Part shown: one piece after another, positions 55,601 to 64,000 of the stretch | Position numbering within the stretch: the first letter of the stretch is position 1 | Layout: each line of letters begins with the position of its first letter | Origin: Lingula anatina | Lineage: Eukaryota; Animalia; Brachiopoda | Reading direction: 5' to 3' | DNA length: 64,000 nt | NCBI GenBank assembly: GCA_051362555.1 | Contig: CM120644.1 | Span: 20,482,534-20,546,533 of the forward strand | Made by a program: the position numbers and the translations under genes | Notes under the pieces: generated by a model | What the model saw: the letters and a program-made list of their open reading frames with translations, nothing else | The model's database searches: none | What the model was told of the DNA's origin: nothing

Positions 55601-58393
55601 CTCCCCCTCCCACCCCCAACTCCAAGCAGGTAACATTAACCCTTGTCACCTTCAAAATATATAAAAAAGACTAGAACCTAAGTTACAATTTTCCAAAATG
55701 ATAATTTCTCAGGTACCACATATAGTGTCGATGATCACAGTTCGATTAAAAAGAATCATCAGTATGGCAATATCATTGTTGCACTGACCTGTGCTGAGGT
55801 TGCGAGGTTGAATTAAGCTCAGCTGTCCTCAGTGTTATGATAATCCAGTAAACACACCTTCATCTCTACTGAAAACAGATAATACATCATCAATAAAAAA
55901 TATATTTATAGACACATACAGTGGTTATAACACAGAAATTACAGTGACCAAAATACATTATTTTTTTTATATTATAATAAAAACATACAGCGATAACTGA
56001 CATAGACAGTGATCAGAATACATACAGACCCATCCAATTTCACAACAGACAATGTACAGGCATCACAATATATACAAGAAATTTTGTTTATATCAAGATT
56101 TTTGCTAAGCGAATCCTTGACCCCCCCCCCTCCCACCCCAACTCCAAACAGATAATATTAAGCCTTGTCTCCTTGAAAATATTTAAAACAGTGCAACCTA
56201 CGTGACAATTTTCCCAAATGATAATTTCTCAGGTACCACATATATTGTCGATGGTCACAGTTCGATTAAAAAGAATCATCAGTATGGTAATATCATTGTT
56301 GCACTGACCTGTGCTGAGGTTGAGAGGTTGTGATCAGCTCAGCTGTCCTCAGTGTTATGATAATCCAGTAAACACACCTTCATCTCTACTGAAAACAGAT
56401 AATACATCATCAATAAAAAATATATTTATAGACACATACAGTGGTTATAACACAGAAATTACAGTGACCAAAATACATTATTTTTTTTATATTATAATAA
56501 AAACATACAGCGATAACTGACATAGACAGTGATCAGAATACATACAGACCCATCCAATTTCACAACAGACAATGTACAGGCATCACAATATATACAAGAA
56601 ATTTTGTTTATATCAAGATTTTTGCTAAGCGAATCCTTGACCCCCCCCCCTCCCTACCCCAACTCCAAACAGATAATATTAAGCCTTGTCTCCTTGAAAA
56701 TATTTAAAACAGTGTAACCTACGTGACAATTTTCCCAAAGGATAATTTCTCAGTTACCACATATATTGTCGATGGTCACAGTTCGATTAAAAAGAATCAT
56801 CAGAATGGTAATATCATTGTTGCACTGACCTGTGCTGAGGTTGCGAGGTTGTGATCAGCTCAGCTGTCCTCTGTGTGATGATCATCCACAAAACACACCT
56901 CCATCTCTACTGAAAACAGATAACACATCATCAATAAAAAATATATTTATAGACACATACAGTATAGTTAAAAAACAGAAATAACACAGTGGTCAAAATA
57001 TATTATATTATATTATATTATATTATATTATATTATATTATATTATATTATATTATATTATATTATAACAAAAACATGCAGCGACAACAGATATAGACAG
57101 TGATCAGAATACATACAGACCCATCCAATTTCAAAACAGACAATGTACAGGCATCACAATATATACAAGAAATTTTGTTTATATCAAGATTTTTGGTAAG
57201 CGAATCCTTGACCCCCCCCTCCCACCCCCAACTCCAAACAGATAATATTAAGCCTTGTCTCCTTGAAAATATTTAAAACAGTGCAACCTACGTGACAATT
57301 TTCCCAAATGATAATTTCTCAGGTACCACATATATTGTCGATGGTCACAGTTCGATTAAAAAGAATCATCAGTATGGTAATATCATTGTTGCACTGACCT
57401 GTGCTGAGGTTGCGAGGTTGTGATCAGCTCAGCTGTCCTCTGTGTGATGATCATCCACAAAACACAACTCCATCTCTACTGAAAACAGATAACACATCAT
57501 CAATAAAAAATATATTTATAGACACATACAGTATAGTTAAAAAACAGAAATAACACAGTGGTCAAAATATATTATATTATATTATATTATATTATATTAT
57601 ATTATATTATATTATATTATATTATATCATATTATAATAAAAACATGCAGCGACAAAAGACATAAATAGACAGTGATTAGAATACATACAGACACATTTA
57701 ACATCACAACACACAAAGCACAGGCATCGGAATGTATGCATGAAATTTTCTCTGTATCAAGACTTTTGCTAAGCGAATCCTTGACTCCCCCCCCTCCCAC
57801 CCCCAACTCCAAGCAGGTAACATTAACCCTTGTCACCTTCAAAATATATAAAACAGACTAGAACCTAAGTTACAATTTTCCAAAATGATAATTTCTCAGG
57901 TACCACATATAGTGTCGATGATCACAGTTCGATTAAAAAGAATCATCAGTATGGCAATATTATTGTTGCACTGACCTGTGCTGAGGTTGTGAGGTTGTGA
58001 TCAGCTCAGCTGTCCTCTGTGTGATGATCATCCAGAAAACACACCTCCATCTCTACTGAAAACAGATAACACATCATCAATAAAAAATATATTTAAAGAC
58101 ACGTACAGTGGTTATAATAAAGAAATTACAGTGACCAAAATATATTATTATTATTATAATAAAAACATACAGCGATAACTGACATAGACAGTGATCAGAA
58201 TACATACAGACCCATCCAATTTCACAACAGACAATGTACAGGCATCACAATATATACAAGAAATTTTGTTTATATCAAGATTTTTGCTAAGCCAATCCTT
58301 GACCCCCCCCTCCCACCCCCAACTCCAAACAGATAATATTAAGCCTTGTCTCCTTGAAAATATTTAAAACAGTGCAACTACGTGACAATTTTC

Positions 58394-61001
58394 GTGGAGA
58401 TTAACGTTTGTTAATCTGATTTAAACGCATCACACAATGCCAGCTGCCTAGTATGTCACGTGAGACCCGGCAGCGCCACTTGCGGCAGCGCCCCCTGCAT
58501 TCAGATGCGCGCGCATGTTAGACCGTTAGATTCAATTTCGGTATCTTGAACAGTGCAGCGCCGCACGCTTTCTGCTTATGGCTTTTTAATTTTTGCTTCT
58601 GACTTGTACTAGTTTTTAGTTATGGATATAGATGTACAGAATTAGAGGAGTGGGCTAAGAAGGCCGAGCTGAATGATGAGACACTTGCTCTCCTGCGAGA
58701 GAATGGTCTCGAAAGCATGAAAGCCATTAAAATGCTCAACAGTGCTAATACCAGCAAATTCTTTGGAAAATCCCTCTCCCTCGGGCAGCTGCTACTACTA
58801 CAGGGAGCCATTGATGAATTGAAAGAGTCAGTGGAGCCATCTCCAGTCAAAGAGCCTGCACAGACCCAACCCCAGTCCATAGCATCAGGAACGCAGGATC
58901 ATCAAGCTTCACAGCAACCTCTGGATGTCACAAATCTGCTCTCCATTTTATCCAAAGATGCACCTAAGCCAGAACAAGAGGGTAAGTCTTCATACGTTTT
59001 AGACCCTTTTTACATAGCCGCAAGCAACAACAGTAAGTGTAGAGACATTCGTGACTATATCACCCAGTTTCAACAAACTAAGTCAGCGGTGAAATTAGGC
59101 GACTTTGAACTCTCCCTTCCCGAGACCAAACCAAAACTAGAAGCTGTAACGCCCCTGCAGTATATGGAGGCAAGTCTTAAAATCATGAGAGAACTAGTGA
59201 CCGACGAGGGATATACGCAGCAACAAATGATGGACTACACCGGCTACCTCATAAAGATAGCACATATGGGCCAACGTTTTCAATGGAAATCTGTCCTAAA
59301 GTACGACCAAGAGTACCGTAAAGCTAAAGCAGCGGCCGACTTTCAATGGAGAGCTGATAATGTTTATATGATGCAGGTGTTCCTGCGGGAGAACAGCACG
59401 TCGATCAGAAGCACACAGTCCAGACCACAGGAGGGAGGAGCGCGCAATAACAAGTTTGACCCTTCATCAGGTCGCATTGTCTGTGATCGTTTTAACGGTA
59501 AAAACGGGTGTTCCCTTCGTCACTGCAAATATTCGCACGTATGCAAAACGTGCTACGCCCGCAACCACGGCGAATTCAACCACAAAACGGGCCAACCTAC
59601 CCTGGATTCAAAAAACGATTAAACAAGAGTGTCGGAACCACGGGCCAACTCCCCCCACTCTTAAACAGCTTAGAGATATGGCGCGCTGAGCTTGTCGGAG
59701 ACAAAGACAGAGACTTCATCTTAAACGGCATAGTGAACGGATTCTCTCTAACTGATAATGATATTAAAGTTACTGACATTGCACCAGTAGAAGTAGATAA
59801 TAGCAATAGAGTGAATAGGCCCGATATCCGTCCCCATGTAGAAAAGCAATTATTGGACGGACTTAAAGAAGGACATTTCATAACTTCCTCAGAGAAACCC
59901 CTAATTACTAGTGCTATCACATGCGTGCCAAAGCCTGATGGTGAAATTCGTGTAATTCACGATCTCAGTCAGCCTGAGAATAGTGGAGTAAACTCTCATG
60001 CTTCAAAGGAGGCTATGAAGTACCAATCCATCCAAGACGCTTTGTCCTGTATACAGCTTGGCTCGTTTATGGCAAAAGTTGACCTCAAGAGTGCCTACAG
60101 ATCGGTCCACATCAAGCGAGAGCAGAGATCTCTGACGGGACTTAAATGGCAGTTTGTAGGGGACGCGCACCCCATTTACCTATCCGACACACATCTACCT
60201 TTTGGGAGGAGAAAATCGCCCTTTATCTTCAACAGAATTACACAGGCAGTTCGGCGGATGATGATTAAAAAAGGATTGTCTGGAACTGTAGCGTATCTGG
60301 ATGATTTTTTCGTGACCGGGCATACTTTCCAAGACTGTCTTAGAGCATACAACACCCTTATCGGGCTCCTGCGGAAGCTAGGGTTTAGCATTAATTGGAA
60401 AAAGGTCACGGACCCGTCCCAAAGTATATGTTTTCTTGGCATTGTTATTAACACTAATACCGGCAGACTTTCATTGAATAGCGACAAGATTACATCATTA
60501 AAGGAAGCAGTTAAGTCCTTCCTAACAAAGACTAGAGCCTCTAAACGCCAGCTGGAGTCTCTTGCTGGGAAGTTATCTTGGGCCGCACAAGTAACCCCAT
60601 GGGGAAGAGCGCACAATAGGTCAATTTTCAACCTTTTGTCTTCTCTGAGCTCTCCACAAAGCAAGACTCGTCTGCAATCAATTAAACCGGACCTGTGTTG
60701 GTGGGACTTCTGGCTGAGAGAAGGATCAAACACAGAGAGAATCTGGCCCCCCTCGAGTGATGTTATAGTTCACACGGACGCTAGCTTGCGCGCAGGTGGA
60801 GCTTTCTGCCTGGGAGACTGGACATACACTCACTGGGATTCAGACGTACTGGATATGTTACACCATCACATTAACGTAAAAGAGCTGGCCGTCGTCATTG
60901 TGGCAGCTAGAAGGTGGCGCAACGTCTGGTCAGGTCGCAATGTAATAGTCCACACGGACAATACTGTTACTGTAGCTAACCTGAACAACGGCACAGCAAC
61001 C
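58394..61001 (+). mobile_element. DIRS/Ngaro-group retrotransposon, 3'-truncated, copy 2
   Basis: Nearly identical to copy 1 with the same junctions; offset 10,464 bp. Confidence 0.88.
58632..59622 (+). CDS. Gag-like ORF1, copy 2 (1-bp indel near the copy-1 start; 301 aa open from the next ATG at 58717)
   Basis: ttagaggagtgg here versus ttaaagagtgg in copy 1; the rest is nearly identical. Confidence 0.72.
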
Positions 61002-61061
61002 AATCATCAGTATGGTAATATCATTGTTGCACTGACCTGTGCTGAGGTTGAGAGGTTGTGA
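59508..61061 (+). CDS. Reverse transcriptase-RNase H ORF2 (517 aa), C-terminus supplied by satellite
   Basis: RT motifs VPKPDG..RVIHDLS, DLKSAY, LPFG, YLDD and FLG. DIRS-type RNase H motifs HTDAS, HINVKEL and HTDN. The last ~19 aa derive from satellite. Confidence 0.9.
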   Translation: MFPSSLQIFARMQNVLRPQPRRIQPQNGPTYPGFKKRLNKSVGTTGQLPPLLNSLEIWRAELVGDKDRDFILNGIVNGFSLTDNDIKVTDIAPVEVDNSNRVNRPDIRPHVEKQLLDGLKEGHFITSSEKPLITSAITCVPKPDGEIRVIHDLSQPENSGVNSHASKEAMKYQSIQDALSCIQLGSFMAKVDLKSAYRSVHIKREQRSLTGLKWQFVGDAHPIYLSDTHLPFGRRKSPFIFNRITQAVRRMMIKKGLSGTVAYLDDFFVTGHTFQDCLRAYNTLIGLLRKLGFSINWKKVTDPSQSICFLGIVINTNTGRLSLNSDKITSLKEAVKSFLTKTRASKRQLESLAGKLSWAAQVTPWGRAHNRSIFNLLSSLSSPQSKTRLQSIKPDLCWWDFWLREGSNTERIWPPSSDVIVHTDASLRAGGAFCLGDWTYTHWDSDVLDMLHHHINVKELAVVIVAARRWRNVWSGRNVIVHTDNTVTVANLNNGTATNHQYGNIIVALTCAEVERL

Positions 61062-62159
61062 TCAGCTCAGCTGTCCTCTGTGTGATGATCATCCACAAAA
61101 CAAACCTCCATCTCTACTGAAAACAGATAACACATCATCAATAAAAATATATATTTATAGACACATACAGTATAGTTAAAAAACAGAAATAACACAGTGG
61201 TCAAAATATATTATATTATATTATATTATATTATATTATATTATATTATATTATATTATAATAAAAACATGCAGCGACAACAGATATAGACAGTGATCAG
61301 AATACATACAGACTCATCCAATTTCACAACAGACAATGTACGGGCATCACAATATATACAAGAAATTTTGTCTATATCAGAATTTTTGCTAAGCGAATCT
61401 TTGACCCCCCCCCACCCAAAGAGATAATAAAAGCCTTGTCACCTTGAAAATATTTAAAACAGTGGATCCACGAGACAATTTTCCAAAATGATTACAGTGA
61501 CAAAAAAATATTATTATATTATAATAAAAACATACAACGGCAATAGACATATATAGACAGTGATTAGAATACATACAGACACATTTAATGTCACAACACA
61601 CAAAGCACAGGCATCGGAATGTATGCATGAAATTTTCTCTGTATCAAGACTTTTGCTAAGCGAATCCTTGACTCCTGCACCCCCAACTCCAAACAGGTAA
61701 CATTAAACCTTGTCACTTTCAAAATATATAAAACAGACTGGAACTTACGTGACAATTTTCCCAAATGATAATTTCTCAGGTACCACATATAGTGTCGATG
61801 GTCACTGTTCGATTTAAAAGAATCATCAGTATGGCAATATCATTGTTGCACTGACCTGTGCTGAGGTTGCGAGGTTGAATTCAGCTCAGCTGTCCTCAGT
61901 GTTATGATAATCCAGTAAACACACCTTCATCTCTACTGAAAACAGATAATACATCATCAATAAAAAATATATTTATAGACACATACAGTGGTTATAACAC
62001 AGAAATTACAGTGACCAAAATACATTATTTTTTTTATATTATAATAAAAACATACAGCGATAACTGACATAGACAGTGATCAGAATACATACAGACCCAT
62101 CCAATTTCACAACAGACAATGTACAGGCATCACAATATATACAAGAAATTTTGTTTATA

Positions 62160-63518
62160 CAGGGCTAGACACTAACTTTTGTGAGCACCTGTCCTTCGGA
62201 CAGGTGCTCATATATTTGACCTGTCCGATTTTCAATCCAACCTGTCCACAAAACCAATATTTTTTTCTATTCATACCTTTGAACTTTGTCAATTAATACG
62301 TGTAGTCATACATTTAAATTAATGTATATATTACCAAAACATTCAATCATATGAGCCCCGAAAATGCACCTTAAAGTGAATTTATGTTCAGATAAAAAGT
62401 TGTTTTTTCATACTTGTGAACTCCTGAAGATTTAATCTTGCATATAAGTCTGATATTTAACATCAGGGCTTCTCCTAGGATTTGGGGTACAGGGTCTACT
62501 AATTGTAAGTCTGCAATTTGATAACAGATTCACATGAAGTTTAACCAAAGCTAAAAAAAAAAAACCTGAGCGGGAAGTGGGGAGGTGGTACTGTTAAAAT
62601 AATTTTATAAAAATATTCAAATTTTATAATATTTGAATAAAGTTCAATGAAAATTAAAGAATATTCATTTTATAATACTTTACTTATATTTATGTCAACA
62701 ATTTAACTTCTTAAGGGGTTATCACATGTTTGATTTTTTAAAAATATATGAATTAAATAAAATCAGCATAAAAAGGTTCCCCTTCTTTCTATTTAAATTC
62801 TCATATTTGTTATTACTTATTTCTTCCTTACATCAATATAACACTGGTATATGAGAGCAATGTTAATTTATCATATTCCAGCACTAAATTTTAAACTGTA
62901 AATAACAGAGGTGATGCTAGAGTCATTAAAGAAAGCATCATACAAAATTTCAGGTTATATTTTGGCAAATAAACAACATTTCAACAAGATCTTCAGTCCC
63001 AAAGATTTCACTTTCTATAGTGAGTAGATAGCATACCACGTGTTTGATTGACAGGCAGTATGTTGCCTTGACAACGAACTAGATATAGCCAGTTCATCCA
63101 GTCCAATCTGGCTCCAGCACAGTACTTGTGTAGTTTCTGTCTTTGGAAGTGTCTTTATTACTAGAGCACGTAGATTTTAACTAAATAAATGTTCAGTTGT
63201 GAACCTGATATGTGAATAAATTTTGTCTGATGAAGTTCTGGAGGGTGTTCACCTTCATAATTTGGCGGTAAGTTTGCTCAGACTTCGTTTTGCGACTGCA
63301 TGTGTTTTGTGCCAAAAGTAGGTCACTCTTTTCAATGTTGTCTAGGAAGAGGCAAAAATACGTTAGTATGCAACAAAAAATGATTTTTTTAAAGATTTTT
63401 GATCCAAATTTCTCATAACATGACCTGTCCGTCGGACAGCCAACCCTACAACTTCACCTGTCCGAACTTAATTTTTACCTGTCCCGGACAGGCGGACAGG
63501 CGCTAATGTCGAGCCCTG
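62160..63518. mobile_element. Non-autonomous hAT5-like element (5-bp TSD)
   Basis: TIR cagggctagacact / aatgtcgagccctg, TSD TTATA against the empty site gtttatatcaag, and subterminal acctgtcc/ggacagg repeats. Confidence 0.85.
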
Positions 63519-64000
63519 TTATATCAAGATTTTTGCTAAGCGAATCCTTGACCCCCCCCCTCCCACCCCCAACTCCAAACAGATAATATTAAGCCTTGTC
63601 TCCTTGAAAATATTTAAAACAGTGCAACCTACGTGACAATTTTCCCAAATGATAATTTCTCAGGTACCACATATATTGTCGATGGTCACAGTTCGATTAA
63701 AAAGAATCATCAGTATGGTAATATCATTGTTGCACTGACCTGTGCTGAGGTTGAGAGGTTGTGATCAGCTCAGCTGTCCTCTGTGTGATGATCATCCACA
63801 AAACACACCTCCATCTTTACTGAAAACAGATAACACATCATCAATAAAAAATATATTTATAGACACATACAGTATAGTTAAAAAACAGAAATAACACAGT
63901 GGTCAAAATATATATTATTATATTATATTATATTATATTATATTATATTATATTATATTATATTATATTATATTATATTATAATAAAAACATGCAGCGAC

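Larger units (their letters stand above)
42020..64000 (+). repeat. Complex ~500-bp satellite, block B, with (TATAT)n expansions and higher-order repeats
   Basis: Same anchors as block A but diagnostic variants (acgtgacaattttccc, ttcgattaaaaagaatc). Long and short units are interspersed. Confidence 0.95.

Noticed and set aside
24228-64000. Many 60-90 aa ORFs in the satellite (MWYLRNYH..., MIRIHTD..., MHTFRCL...)
   Set aside because: They recur only because the DNA repeats; frames break between units and no domain is recognisable.
42020-64000. CRISPR-like or retron-like RT-plus-array system
   Set aside because: Eukaryotic context, units are homologous along their whole length with no unique spacers, and the RT is a DIRS/Ngaro type with gag.

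Overview
AT-rich animal genomic DNA, probably a marine invertebrate. It is almost entirely repeats apart from the 3' part of a class A GPCR coding region (3-800). Left third: a 12.7-kb CCC-terminal EnSpm/CACTA-like element (6403-19117, 2-bp TSD AA) splits another CACTA-type element. It holds a BEN-domain-like exon plus nested Harbinger MITEs, Helentron/pearl-like elements and a small element with a 5-bp TSD. From about 24.2 kb to the end lies a complex ~500-bp satellite in two blocks (24.2-33.8 kb and 42.0-64 kb). It has trapped several TEs whose TSDs can be read against empty satellite units. It also contains two copies, 10,464 bp apart, of a 3'-truncated DIRS/Ngaro-group retrotransposon (gag + RT/RNase H, no tyrosine recombinase). 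Best leads: an A_AAA_AAC slippery site plus stem-loop at the gag/pol overlap, a retroelement amplified within the satellite higher-order repeat, and an 80-nt splice-bounded minus-strand cassette in the satellite units. All family assignments come from motifs and termini read by eye; no database search was run.
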